In this document: one piece after another, positions 1 through 13,582 of the stretch
Layout: each line of letters begins with the position of its first letter
How positions within the stretch are numbered: the stretch's first letter is position 1
Origin: Haliotis rubra
Taxonomy: Eukaryota
DNA: 64,000 bases
Assembly: GCF_003918875.1 (NCBI RefSeq)
Contig: NW_025767045.1
Span: forward strand, 496,001 to 560,000
Reading direction: 5' to 3'
The notes under the pieces: generated by a model
What the model was told of the DNA's origin: nothing
Database searches by the model: none
Seen by the model: the letters and a program-made list of their open reading frames with translations, nothing else
Position numbers and translations under genes: made by a program

Positions 1-1127
1 AACGCTCCATACTGTATGATGTTAACCATGATGTTACATAAAACGCTCCATACTGTATGATGTTAACGAAACGCTCATAAAACGAGCATAAAACGCTCCA
101 TACTGTATGATGTTAACGAGCATATAAAACGCTCCATAAAATGCTATACTGTATGTTAACCAGCATAAAACGCTGATGTACCAGCATAAAACGCTATGAT
201 GTGTTAACCAGCATAAAACGCTCCATACTGTATGATGTTAACCAGCATAAAATACTGTATGCCAGCATAAAACGCCATACTGTATGATGTTAACCAGCAT
301 AAAACGCTCCATACTGTATGATGTTAACCAGCATAAAACGCTCCATACTGTATGATGTTAACATAAAACGCATAAAATGCTCCATACTGTATACTGTACT
401 GATGTTACCAGCATAAAAATCTCCATACTGTATGATGTTAACGAGCATAAAACGCTCCATACTGTATGATAAAACGCTCATAAAATACTCCATACTGTAT
501 GATGTTAACGAGCATAAACGCTCCATACTGTATGATGTTAACCATAAAACGCTCCATACTGTTAACCAGCATAAAAAGCTCCATACTGTATGATGTTAAC
601 CAGCATAAAACGCTCCATACTGTATGATGTTAACCAGCATAAAACGCTCCATACTGTATGATGTTAACGAGCATAAAACGCTCCATACTGTATGATGTTA
701 ACCAGCATAAAACGCTCCATACTGTATGATGTTAACCAGCATAAAACGCTCCATACTGTATGATGTTATACTGTTGATGTTAACCAGCATAAAACGCTCC
801 ATACTGTATGATGTTAACCAGCATAAAACGCTCCATACTGTATGATGTTGATGTTAACCAGCATAAAACGCTCCATACTGTATGATGTTCCATACCAGAT
901 GTTAACCAATAAAGCGCCCATACTGTATGATGTTAACCAGCATAAAACGCTCCATACTGTATGATGTTAACCAGCATAAAACGCTCCATACTGTATGATG
1001 TTGATGTTGACAGCATAAACGCTCCATACTGTATGATGTTAACCAGCTTAAATGCCCCATACTGTATGATGTTAACCAGCATAAAACGCTCCATACTGTA
1101 TGATGTTAACCAGCATAAACGCTCCAT
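1..1127. repeat. Tandem minisatellite, ~34-bp unit (GTTAACCAGCATAAAACGCTCCATACTGTATGAT)
   Basis: Head-to-tail copies (e.g. units starting at 595 and 629). Runs off the window start. The overlapping ORFs are translations of the repeat. Confidence 0.97.
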
Positions 1128-1708
1128 ATACCGCAAATCTATACTGTATACCAGGCCGCAGTTGATACCATAGTCATACATAATCCACTCGATTTACGCA
1201 ATTCGGATACGATAACATGTAACAATGTCAGCGAGTCTGATCACCCAATGCCAGTAATTGCCTATTACGACAAGCATGGGTTCCTGATGACATTTGCGTG
1301 CATGTTTTAGGTTGTCTTTTTGTCCTGTTATAGTTAAATACATTGGGACTTACTGATATACTGACCTTTGATATTTTCAAAGCGGAAGTCATCCCTGCGT
1401 CCTGCAAGGAAAGATACATTGCACTGTTAACTGCATGGTGCTAAGTTTGGCATGAAGACAACATACCATTCAGAACGATTTTTTTATGGATAGACAACTT
1501 CGTTTTTGCAATGGATGCGACATTTCGGTGTAGATGCTATCACTTGCTTCATACTGGTGTTCATATACAAGCTTCTAAATGCCATTCAAGGAAGAAAATA
1601 TACAATTCAACTACATGTATCTCAATATCTGGCAAACACATTTTCAGGCTAAATTAGCTTAGATTTATGACAATTATAAGGTGTACTTTAAATAATACAT
1701 AACATCTA

Positions 1709-2776
1709 AATGATGATATCATACCATGAGTACATTTCAGAAGTGTACAATACTACAACAGCTACTGTATGGATGATGATATCATACCATGAGTACATTT
1801 CAGAAGTGTACAATACTACGACAGCTACTGTCTGGATGATGATATCATACCATGAGTACATTTCAGAAGTGTACAATACTACGACAGCTACTGTCTGGAT
1901 GATGATATCATACCATGAGTACATTTCAGAAGTGTACAATACATACCATGACAGTGTACAATACTGACTGGATGATGATATCATACCATGATGATACCAT
2001 TTCAGAAGTACTGTACAATACTACCATGACAGCTACTGACTGGATGATGATATCATACCATGAATACATTTCAGAAGTGTACAATACTACGACAGCTACT
2101 GTCTGGATGATGATATCATACCATGAGTACATTTCAGAAGTGTACAATACTACGACAGCTACTGTCTGGATGATGATATCATACCATGAATACATTTCAG
2201 AAGTGTACAATACTACGACAGCTACTGTCTGGATGATGATATCATACCATGAGTACATTTCAGACAATGTACATGATACATACCATGACATTTCAGAAGT
2301 GTACAATACTGTCTGGATGATGATATCATACCATGAGTACATTTCAGAAGTGTACAATACTACGACAGCTACTGTCTGGATGATGATATCATACCATGAA
2401 TACATTTCAGAAGTGTACAATACTACGACAGCTACTGTCTGGATGATGATATCATACCATGAATACATTTCAGAAGTGTACAATACTACGACAGCTACTG
2501 TCTGGATGATGATATCATACCATGAATACATTTCAGAAGTGTATACTCATGATGATATCATACCATGAGTACATTTCACATGACAGCTACTGTCTGATGA
2601 TGATATCATACCATGAATACATTTCAGAAGAAGTGTACAATACTACGACATATCATACCATTTCAGAAGTACATTTCAGAAGTGATGACATACCATGGAA
2701 TACATTTCACTGACTGGATGATGATATCATACCATGAGTACATTTCAGAAGTGTACAATACTACAACAGCTACTGT
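1709..2776. repeat. Tandem minisatellite, 63-bp unit
   Basis: Unit GGATGATGATATCATACCATGAGTACATTTCAGAAGTGTACAATACTACGACAGCTACTGTCT repeated; gives the 21-aa periodicity in the ORF track. Confidence 0.96.
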
Positions 2777-2861
2777 CAAACAGCTTACCTGATGAACTAT
2801 CTCTTGGTGGTTGTACAGAAACTGTACTGTTAACCGCATGTATGATGAAGCTAGAGTCACC

Positions 2862-3077
2862 CACTGTTCTTTGTTGTGGTCGTCCTGCCACTGCACTGTT
2901 TACTTCATTCATGACTGTTCTATGTTGTGGTCGTCCTGCCACTGCACTGTTTACTTCATTCATGACTGTTCTATGTTGTAGTCATGCTGCATCTGGACTG
3001 TTTACTTCATTCATGACTGTTCTATGCTGTGGTCGTGCTGCATCTGCACTGTTTACTTCATTCATGACTGTTCTATG
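2862..3077. repeat. Short tandem repeat, 51-bp unit, ~4 copies
   Basis: CACTGTTTACTTCATTCATGACTGTTCTATG... repeated with 51-nt period. Confidence 0.9.
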
Positions 3078-3181
3078 CATGCCCCTTGTTCCGGGATCAC
3101 CTCATCTAAAACTGACAAGAAGTGATATGCATTGTTAGACCAACGACATGTAAATAGTGACATACAGAAGAAAGGTGTTTT

Positions 3182-3328
3182 GGGGGCGGTAGGGTAGCCT
3201 AGTGGTTAAAGTATTCGCTCATCACACTGAAGACCGGGTTTGATTCCCCACATGGGTACATTGTGTGAAGCCCATTTCTGGTGTTACACGCTTTGAAAAC
3301 TAAACTCACTCACTTACTCACTCACTCC
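3182..3328 (+). mobile_element. tRNA-derived SINE (family A), internally deleted copy
   Basis: A-box-like GGTAGCCTAGTGG, B-box-like GGTTTGATTCC, body ACATGGGTACA.TGTGTGAAGCCCATTTCTGGTGT, and (ACTC)n tail. Confidence 0.85.
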
Positions 3329-3400
3329 TCCTGGTGTTTTGGGATTACACTTGACACCAAAGTAAATACTTAAAAAAGTGTTTTGATGTGTTGCCAAAAC

Positions 3401-4708
3401 CACAGGGGCGTGTCACGCTTAGAAACAGCGTTAGAAAGACATATAGGTATATAGACCCTACCCTAGTATACTATATAAAAGGAAAGGGATGTAACGACGG
3501 AACCACCACCTCTTCAATCAAAGTTAGATTTCACCACGTAAACTATTTTTAAGGCCCCGTCGAGGCCTACGGATCAAAAGCGAGATGATTTCCCTACAAA
3601 ATGAGCTATAAATGGTCACAATCGGATCATTATTTCAAAAGTTATACGCCACGACTCACCGAAAACAGCAACCTCCGCAATTCCAAGCCAAAATCATGGA
3701 TCATCCAAGACAGCGAAAACTCACCTGTTAAATTCGTTTATTAATTCCAGCCACGTTGACAGCACCTATGTAGGGCTAGATTCGATCGGCAGCGCCATTC
3801 CACGGGTCTAAAAACTTATTGCAACATTTACAAATCATTTCCTCGACAGTAAGCAGACATTTTCTCCAAAACCATCGGCAATCATACTCACTTGTCGGCC
3901 ATAGATGGCCTTGACATTCAAGTGATCTGAGCAGATTCGCAGAAACGAAATTGGGCCATCCGATTGGTGGAAAATATAATATACAGTAAGATTTTGACTG
4001 TTTGCTAATGGGCGCGAAATATGAACTTTGCAATAATCCTATATTTTGAATGATGTACGGAACAGTAAATTGTTAAGAATAGTTTTAGAGGTTGTAAAAA
4101 TGCATTCGATATTGATTCATTTTTAGGAAATTATATTTATAAATATTTAACTTCTAAAATTATTCTTGCAAATTTACTGCTCAGGTCACATAAATGTCAA
4201 GGCCATCTATGGCCGACAAGTGAGTATGATTGCCGATGGTTTTGGAGAAAATGTCTGCTTACTGTCGAGGAAATGATTTGTAGATGTTGCAATAAGTTTT
4301 TAGACCCGTGGAATGGCGCTGCCGATCGAATCTAGCCCTACATAGGTGCTGTCAACGTGGCTGGAATTAATAAACGAATTTAAAAGGTGAGTTTTCGCTG
4401 TCTTGGATGATCCATGATTTTGGCTTGGAATTGCGGAGGTTGCTGTTTTCGGTGAGTCGTGGCGTATAACTTTTGAAATAATGATCCGATTGTGACCATT
4501 TATAGCTCATTTTGTAGGGAAATCATCTCGCTTTTGATCCGTAGGCCTCGACGGGGCCTTAAAAATAGTTTACGTGGTGAAATCTAACTTTGATTGAGGA
4601 GGGGTGGTTCCGTCGTTACATCCCTTTCCTTTTATATAGTACTAGGGTAGGGTCTATATACCTATATGTCTTTCTAACGCTGTTTCTAAGCGTGACACGC
4701 CCCCTGTG
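3401..4708. mobile_element. Foldback / non-autonomous DNA transposon with ~520-bp terminal inverted repeats
   Basis: 3401-~3918 (CACAGGGGCGTGTCACGCTT...) is a near-perfect reverse complement of ~4193-4708 (...AAGCGTGACACGCCCCCTGTG), around a ~275-bp AT-rich spacer. A second copy lies at 14428-15140. Confidence 0.92.
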
Positions 4709-7616
4709 AATTACATGAGCATTGGGCGATAACGATCCCCTGGAATGTTGCAGATGGGAACTTTGAACTTTTGGCTGTACAAGGCAGACCATCGTCAGGC
4801 AAATGAGTCGTTTCAACCACACTGGTCAGATATCTGACAGTCCCAGACACGGAAGACCAAGAGTGACTACCTGCACATTCTCCACAGAGTCGGGCAGGAG
4901 TTATTAGGTTCTTGTAGATGCACCCCAAAGTCACGCTTTTCACAGAAACCAACCACAAAAGCTGACATATTTCATTTAATGCTCACTATTATCACATAAT
5001 TAAAAACATGACAAATACACAGTATTGCAGTATTGTAACAGAGTTCAAATGTTTAACTGGGAATTGCACAAGTTGTTAAAAAATATTTAATTCTTAATCA
5101 GTGTAACCGATTATACAATCAATCATTGATTGGATGGGACAATCCGATAGTAACCAATAATCGATTATGAAATTTCAACCAATTCCCACTGCTACTTAGA
5201 GGGCGCTGTAGTCAGGGGCGCTTAACTTATTTGTTTACCACAACTACGACAATGATCGCGAAAGCCATTTCAGTGAATATTTCCTGAACAGGGTAAAATT
5301 GCAAACAAATGTGCCGTTGTTTTGTTTGTTGTTTTTTTCTCCCGTTCAGTGTTTGCAGAACAATATGCAATAATTTGTCTAGTCGGCATGCAGTAAAAAA
5401 TCGGCAATTTCCTTTTTTATCTAATTTCCAGATATATTTGGGGTCGGCAATCCTAAGTGTCATTGCACAAATATTCTAACTCGATATTCGGATATTGTCT
5501 GATAGTAGATATACTCTAATTTCATTTGATCATTGCACAAATATTCTACGATGTTTCTTCGAAAATATTTTGTTGGGTAGTTTTTTTCACCAATTCACAG
5601 TAAATGTGTGAAAAATGGGAAAGAGTACATTGTAGAATACCGAACACTAGTTTGTCATACAGACCCTGAAGCAAACAATGAAACATATCCAAGAAAGCCC
5701 GTGCAAGTGTAGATTATGTGGCAAGTCTAGATTTCCACAGTTTCTGAAAATGAGTGAGTGAGTGACGCCAGAAATGGGCTTCACACTCTGAAAATGAAGA
5801 AAGTCTCAGGGCTCCTTTTCATTTCATTTTATTTTTTTATTAGGAACAGTTTTTTTCTGTAAAATATGTTCATATGATACGTCTCAGCCCAGGGAACCAG
5901 GCTGATATACGTCTTTGGTCTAACCGGATACCTTCCGTCATCTTTGCAAGCACGCGAGTTTACTGTAGACCTCACACTCCGGCGCATTCGTCACCACTCG
6001 CCCCTTTCCGTAACCTTGTCCCGGAATAACACGAGTTGGTCACGAATGACTCCGGCGCAGCGATGACTAACAGTACTATCCTCATTCGTAACTACTCGTG
6101 TCATTCGGGCAAGCCGGATGGCGGTCACGGAAAGAAGCGAGTAGTGACGAATGTACTTTAGCTGGGCCCGTCTCGCATATCGCTTTGGCGAACGTTAGGA
6201 ACAAGCTTACGAATGTACTATGCTGGCTGGCCGCATGGAACTCTGGGTAGGAGAGTGTTTTAGACCTGCGCATAAAATGGGCGCAACTGACTTCCCTAGC
6301 AACGGCGTTTGTTTACGTGGCAGACTCGAAAAATGTGTGCGTTCGGTCCGCCTTGGCCCGGGCTCTCAAAAAACAACTTAAACCCCACACATGTATCCTG
6401 AATTGTGTTTAAATACATAGTTTAGTATCATATCTACCTAAATATCGCTGTGTGGTGTTACAAAATGCCACATGTAAAGATGACTGGTTCGTTAAAGTGA
6501 AGCCCTTTTGTTTCTCCATTCACAACATGGCCTCAATCAAAAGTGTTTAGTCTCTGTTCAGCCCGACTTGGCCCGTGCTGTCAAAAACAACCTAAACCCA
6601 CACATGTATCCTGATTTGTGTTTAAATCCATAGATTAGTATTATATCTACCTACATATTACTTCACAGAGTCTGACTTTTAGACCATCCCCTTGTAGTGC
6701 CCAGCGAACGCTTAAACCACATGGATACAATGTGCGAAGCCCATTTCTGGTGTCCCCTGTCGGGATATTGCTGGAGCATTGCTAAAAGCGGGGCAAAAGC
6801 ATACTCACTCACTACAAATAGACACGCTATCTGGTGACGATCGTATGGTAGAGATTGCCAAGGGACCTATTTTTGAGATTGCAAAAGAAATAAAACGTCA
6901 TACTGTTCATTCCACCGAACGATTTCAATCGCCCGGAGACACTGTCATTGTAACACTGCACAAAATGGAGGAGGAGTTAGGGCTGGGAGCTGAGGGTGAC
7001 ATAGGGAGGTCCATACTCTAACGGATCAAGAGACAGGACTGTGGAAGTCCTATTATGTTTACAAAACTCTTCCTACCTTCTCGTCTCCAGACACCAGCTC
7101 ACATTCCTAGTTGCATGAACACATTTTCAAGATGGCTTCTTAGGTTATGGGTGCAGTTGACGGAACGCAGCACGTGGCCGTCTAGATATGTTAGTCATCG
7201 ATGTCATGATTCGTCAACATTCGTCACTTCTCGACCCTTTCCGTAACCTCCCAAAACTGTCCCGGAATAACGTTCAAGAGTTGGTCTAGAATGGAACGTG
7301 AAATTAACGCTGAAGGAGTCGGTGTTGGCACGGGTATTAGAGATATGTTCCTGCATACAGAAATGTACCCTAAACAAAGTCACAATACGTAAACCTACCC
7401 GGTGTCCAAACGTCAAACGAATCCATATTCCTTAACCTCAAACCGAAACCAGTTCACTTTCACCTGATGATTGTGCAGCGCAAAGTATTCGTGTCGTATT
7501 CGTGTCCTATCAAGAAAACGGTGCGGAATATGGAGTCCTAGCTTGGGTACGTTTCGGTATTCTGATTTTGGCTAGGGTACCTGGGGTACATGTCTGTAGT
7601 ACCCGTGCCGGTGTAA

Positions 7617-8226
7617 GATTGAAAACATACCCGCGTTGAAAAGGTACCCTGCGGGTACTTTTTCAACACTGAATTATTACCCGGACTCATTTTTCAACGG
7701 CATGGGTCTTTTTTCAACATTGAATAATATCACGATATCAAAGATTTGGATGTCCCCGTTTAGATCGGCTGCGTCTAACTTCAAACATCAAAGACAGTCA
7801 CACAGTCATTCATACAGTGATATATTTTGGTCTCATCGTATGTACAACATTTTGAAGAAACATTTTGATAAAACCATAAATATGTGTACACAAGCCACTC
7901 CACAGGGAATTACGAGAGACCATAATGACAACACAAACACGGATCTATATTTAAGTTATATTGCTAGAAATATAACTACATGGGTAAAAACCTAATCAAT
8001 GGTGTTCTAATTGGCTACGTGCGTTTACAGTGTAGAAACAGCGAGGGTACTTATTCAACGAGGGTATGTTTTCAATACGTGACCCGGGTTATTTTTCAAT
8101 GGCAGCCGGGTGATTATTCAATGTTGAAAAAAGACCCCTGCCGTTGAAAAGTGAGTCCGGGTAATAATTCAATGTTGAAAAAGTACCCGCCGGGTACCTT
8201 TTCAACGCGGGTATGTTTTCAATCTT
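7617..8226. mobile_element. MITE-like element with ~110-bp inverted termini
   Basis: AAGATTGAAAACATACCCGCGTTGAAAAGGTACCC... at the left end matches ...GGGTACCTTTTCAACGCGGGTATGTTTTCAATCTT at the right end; internal TTTTCAA/TTGAAAA subrepeats. Confidence 0.8.
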
Positions 8227-8278
8227 GGTGTAAGAAATTAATCATAAAAATCCAAGCAAAAATGTTTGCGCTAAGGTG

Positions 8279-8280
8279 AG

Positions 8281-8321
<41 letters not shown>
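8279..8321. repeat. (CTA)n microsatellite
   Basis: Uninterrupted CTA run. Confidence 0.95.
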
Positions 8322-8322
<1 letters not shown>

Positions 8323-8672
8323 AGGTGAGCTACTACCAATAAGGTGAGCTACTACTGATATCGGAGATATCATTCTCAGACATTCCTCAGTTCATGCTTA
8401 CTACGTTACGAAGGACGGAAGCTCTCTACTGGGTAGTTTGGTCTCTTATCGCCTTCTCGTGTGGAGCAACGGATTCTCCCATACTCGACAATACCCAGAT
8501 GGTTGAAGACAGAACATGTAGAATGGATGACTTACGTGTGGCTGGGACATCAGTTCTACACTGAGCGGCTGTGTGCACGTGTGTGTTGAGGTCAAGGTCA
8601 TGTGTGGACCCGCAGGACATTGTCAGCCAGATCAAACCACCGGGAACGGCGACGTACAAACTCAGATTGAGA

Positions 8673-8838
8673 CGAGTGAGCGAGTATGGTTTTACGACGC
8701 TTTTAGCAATTTTCCAGCAATATCAGGGCAGGGGAAACCAGAAATGGGCTTAACACGATGTACCCATGTGGGGAATCGAACCCGGGTCTTCGACGTGACG
8801 ATCGAACGCTTTAACCACTAGGCTACCCCATCGGCCCT
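8673..8838 (-). mobile_element. tRNA-derived SINE (family A)
   Basis: Reverse complement of the family A consensus, including A/B boxes and tail. Confidence 0.88.
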
Positions 8839-9124
8839 ACTGAGACAGGTAAGGGTGCCCGATCGACTGTTTCCCTTTTCTGCGTTGTTCTACGAATAAT
8901 ATTTTTATTGTGACGTGAGAAGAAAGATACTTCAATGATGACAACTTTTTTATGATATTGAGGGCCACCTCAACATTGCGAGTTTTCGGTACAGAGTCTT
9001 ATACAGCTATCAAGCAAAAGTGTATCACAGCGTTCTGATTTACTTGAATATATTCATTCTTCGTGAATGAACTCACGAAACATCGTCTGCAACACGCGAA
9101 GTATCTACAGGCTACTGACATGAT

Positions 9125-9370
9125 ACCCGCGAGGATCTGCTTAAGAATTGATCTTCAGCAACCCATGCTTGTCATAAGAGATGGCTAACGAGATCGGGTG
9201 GTCAGGCTCGCTGACTTTGTTGATACGTGTCATCGTATCCCAACTGCGTAGATCGATGCTCGTGTTGTTGATCACTGGATTGTGTGGTCCAGACTCGATT
9301 ATTTACAGACCTCCGCCATATAGCTCGAATATTGCTGACTTACGCAACATACGCCTACCAACCAACCAAT
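9125..9370 (+). mobile_element. Interspersed repeat family B (Meta-domain-like SINE)
   Basis: CCCG.GA.GATC...GATCTTCAG.AACCCATGCTTGTC.TAAGAG...CTAAC head, shared body, and ...GAATATTGCTGA tail. The head resembles the MetaSINE central domain as I remember it. Confidence 0.75.
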
Positions 9371-9793
9371 CGACATGATAGAAACTGTTGGAAGTAGGCC
9401 TAAACCTGCATTGCTCATGAATGCCCACGTGTGAGTTTGGAATTCATTATCCAATACTGGATTGCAGTGGAGATATCGCTCGTTGAAGATCAAGCGCAGC
9501 GCTCGTAGAAGATCAAGCGATACGCTCGTGGAAGATCAAGCTATATCTCCTATAGGAGACATCGTTTTGGTAGGTTTTGAGCTCATTGTTGATTGATCAA
9601 TATTTTAGAACAATTTTCATCTCCCTTAGCTGCAAACAAAGATGGTCACCGCAATTAAGTCGAAAGAGTTTTTTTTTTCATGATTTGTTTTAGCGACGTA
9701 AACGTGGCTTAAAATTCCACCAAGAAACGGTGAAACTTATGCATTGCAGAATTAAAGCAATAAATGTTAGCACTACTTTTTTATGTGATTGTT

Positions 9794-10041
9794 ACCCGTG
9801 AAGGTTCTGGTTAGAATATTGATTTTCAGTAACCCATGCTTGTCGTAAGAGGCGACTGACAGGATCGGGTGGTCAGGCTCGCTGACTTGGTTGACACATG
9901 TCATTGTATCTCAATTACGTAGATCGATGCTCATGCTGTTGATGACTGGATTGTCTGGTCCAGACATGACTATTTACAGACCGCTGCCGTATAGCTGGAA
10001 TATTGCTGAGTGCGACGTAAAACTAAACTCACTCACTCACT
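9794..10041 (+). mobile_element. Interspersed repeat family B (Meta-domain-like SINE)
   Basis: Full-length copy containing TGCTTGTCGTAAGAGGCGACT, with (ACTC)n tail. Confidence 0.8.
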
Positions 10042-10421
10042 CATTGTGTGTGTGTGTGTCCCAGTTGTCAGATCTATACTGATGTACAAAGGAAAGTACA
10101 CACCTGGTGTTTTGAGACTATTAAAACAACGTAAATATTTCGCTAGCAATGTTCCAATTGGGTACGATATCTATGGTGTTATTGCAACACGTACACAATG
10201 TTTGTGACTTGTGAGTTGCAATCAAAACCCTTTTCTAAATAATATTGCGTTGTTTTCAGGAAAACATTTTACCAAAGCTTCAGGTGCGTACTTTCTTTTG
10301 TACGTCAGTTTATATACAGCTGTTCAAGCCGTGCAACAGACCGTGTCCAGCAAATGGAGTATCATCTATGGAGATGCCCTGAACTGTGTAGTTCAGCGAC
10401 GAGTTATCATTCAGTAAGCTG

Positions 10422-11563
10422 TAGGGCTGTGCTCTTATGGAAAACGTTCTTTCAGTGTTTGTACTCCATCGCTGTCGAATGAACTGCCTCTAACCTTAAA
10501 ACTGTCTCCATCTTTTGCTGCGTTCAAATCACATCTTAATACTCATCTCTTTTCACTGCACAATTAACTCTATTATTATTATGTTGTAGCGCTTTGAGCA
10601 CCCACTTTGTGGTTGGATTTAGCGCTATATAAATTTCAAGTATTATTATTATTAATAATAATACCGGTAAACCGGTATATACCGGTACAGTATCTGGCGA
10701 TACGATTATTGCGATATGGTTCAGATTCTACAATATATTGGGTCATCCACTGTTAGCTTCAACTGAATTATCTGCCCTTGATTTCCATGGCAAAACAATG
10801 TGCTCTAAAAGTGCCAAATACAAGTTCTGTTGGTTTCATGTATAATTTTACAAGTGGAAGTGTCATTACAAGTATCTCCAAAAGTACCAAATATTCTACC
10901 AAATGCTTTACGTTTTGTTATTTTGAATGGTTTCATTTGGAGGAATTAAGTTGCCTCAAATAGACCAGTTTTTTATTTGGACTTACAGTAGAGTGTCTGG
11001 CTCCGAGTGACCATTTCACAACTCACAGTATTATTATTATTATTATGGTTTGTTTCATAATGGTTCATATAATATTAATTTAAACTAAATCATGTTTTTG
11101 TTTCATTTTGCAATAGTCCATGGTAACACAAAAAGTCATGTTTATACTGGCGTTGTATCTCAATGAATCACTGACATACAGAAACAATAATTACACGCTG
11201 CATTGAAGTGCAATCTGTTGAAGCAAACAACACTGAAAATCATGCTATAATATTACATTTATCATTATATTTGCAAAACTTTGTTGTAATGCTTCAATCA
11301 AACATTCCACGTTGAGCCTCTATATCATTGTATTTATCTGTAAACCATTGGCATACAGCCATGCGCAATGGAGACGGGGAGCCTGAAAGTATGGTGTAAG
11401 AGCAACTAAAAAGATGATGTCGCACACAGAGAGCTTTTATGAATTTATGATGTAAGCACTTGGACAGAAACTTTCTAGTCAATATATCACAATATGTATT
11501 GCAATATCTCTTAAATTATTGCAATATATCGCAATATGAAAATCAGAGCAATATCCAGCCCTA
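10422..11563. mobile_element. hAT-type non-autonomous DNA transposon with a nested LINE 3' fragment
   Basis: Termini TAGGGCTG...CAGCCCTA flanked by a perfect 8-bp duplication GTAAGCTG (10414-10421 and 11564-11571). An L2/CR1-like 3' tail ending in (TAT)n occupies ~10430-10655. Confidence 0.8.
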
Positions 11564-11984
11564 GTAAGCTGACAAGGTTTTACCATTATGTTTTTGCCAT
11601 AAAGTGCAGCAGGGATGTCGACAGAATGAGTTGTGTAAGCGTAATGATGTGGGAGGTGAACAACAACATGGGGTATGAAAACACGGCCAGTTTAATGGAC
11701 AATGTCATTAAGGAGAACCCACACAGCCGCGCCTTGTACTTAGCACGAACCGTTAGCTACGCCACGTCTTGCCATGACAAAACTAGACATCATGCTTAAC
11801 AACATTCATGCGGAACCAAAATGTAAACAATCTTCCTGGCCGTTGTGTGGCATTTAAGTCCGAAAGAGAAACCATGAGACATATATGGTGTCCCCGCCGT
11901 AATATTTTTGGGATATTGCTTAAATTGATGATCACACATGATCACTCACTCACTGTTAATTTCAGAGTTGACCAATCATTCTAG

Positions 11985-12349
11985 TAGGGCAGGGACGGGT
12001 CCTAATTTTCTACCCGGGTACCCCACCCCCTATTACCCTACCCTACCCGGATACCCGTTATGTTAATTCCTGACATCAAATTTGTAAGAAATGGCAATAT
12101 ATTTTTCAGCTGGGAGGCTACGATTCGGGTTTTTTATATCTTAACCATGTATTATATTCAAAAGAAGTGACTGTAATTATGTCTAAATCTTCAAAAACAA
12201 TACAACCTATTAATCATGAAAGAATAACATATTACATTGTTTAATCTATTGGTCATATAATCATAACGGGTCCGGGTATTGAGACGGGTACCCGAGTCCA
12301 ATTCATTTCCCACCCGTCCCGGGTATCCGGGCTACCCGTCCCAGCCCTA
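11985..12349. mobile_element. hAT-type MITE
   Basis: TIRs TAGGGCAGGGACGGGT / ACCCGTCCCAGCCCTA with a perfect 8-bp TSD CATTCTAG (11977-11984 and 12350-12357). Confidence 0.88.
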
Positions 12350-12767
12350 CATTCTAGATTTGAGTTGGACTCCTTTTCAGATATACCTCTAGGGTCCCGG
12401 GATGATTGTTTGGGTCTAGGTAGGGCATAATGAATTTTTTCCAGGCTTCCAAACCAAATGGACAGAATCCAGGATAATCAAGAAAGATCGTTTTTCTTCA
12501 CTGAAGTCTTTAACAGGGAGCCCCGGTAACAGTATGCTGATCTTCCAACTCATCCATGATCGTAAATACTTTATTCAACAAATGGAGATACCACTTGAAG
12601 GCACCCCACAGATCCTATCATATAAATGGGAGATACCAGGCCAAAACCTACAAGACATGAAATGGAAATCCCTTCATACGGGCACCTGTCTCAGCAACAA
12701 AGAGAAATGCCTACTGTTCTTTGTACAGCTAAAACATGCCAACACCTAGTTGTGTATGCACTGAAAG

Positions 12768-12938
12768 ACTGACTGACTGACTGAGTATGGTTTTACGCCG
12801 TTTTTAGCAATATTCCAGCGATATCACGGCGGGGGACACCAGAAATGGGCTTCACAAATTGTACCCATGTCGAGAATCAAACCCGGGCCTTCGGCGTGGC
12901 GAGCGAACTCTTTAACCACTAGGCTACCCCACCGCCCC
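12768..12938 (-). mobile_element. tRNA-derived SINE (family A)
   Basis: Near full-length reverse-strand copy with (CAGT)n tail. Confidence 0.9.
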
Positions 12939-13582
12939 TGCACTGAAAGAACCCATAACACACAATGCAATAGTCATTGTAGGCGAGGCTTGATTCACCC
13001 GTGATTGGTAAGTATTCTGAAAGGTCAAGTATTCTCTTACAAGTTGACTAACATTTAGTTCCAGATATAATGTGATCATACATGTATTTAAAAGTTTATA
13101 TCTACTATAAATACAATATTATAACCCCCAAAAGAAACAAGACTAATTATTTATTTCTGCCTAGAGCCGAGCCGAGGCAATCTAGACTTGCCAAATCATT
13201 CTGGACTTGAGTAGGGGTTCCGTGTTAAGAGATTATCGAGTCTAGAAGACAGGCGAGAGCGAGGATATCATATATATACTCGGCGTCATAAATGAAGGGT
13301 CAAGCTATTGGTAACAGTATTTCTTCTCAACAGTATGGAAAACACATCAGGCTGTTGAAATGTCATTATTACGTTCTATAACGTCCGATACATCCATGTT
13401 TATGTTACAAATGGCACATTTTTTATTCAAATTGTCAACATGGAAATCCACCTGCCACTTAATGTCAATGAGTTGCACGTGCAAGTCGCTCTCTCCATGG
13501 AAAGTGGAAGACAATACACATGCATTGATGCTTTTTCACTGTCGTTCACTGTTCAGGTACCTGTTTGAAATCGCAGCTTAAA

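Noticed and set aside
1-2776. CRISPR-like regular repeats
   Set aside because: Units are head-to-tail with no unique spacers, there are no cas genes, and the context is eukaryotic; these are minisatellites.
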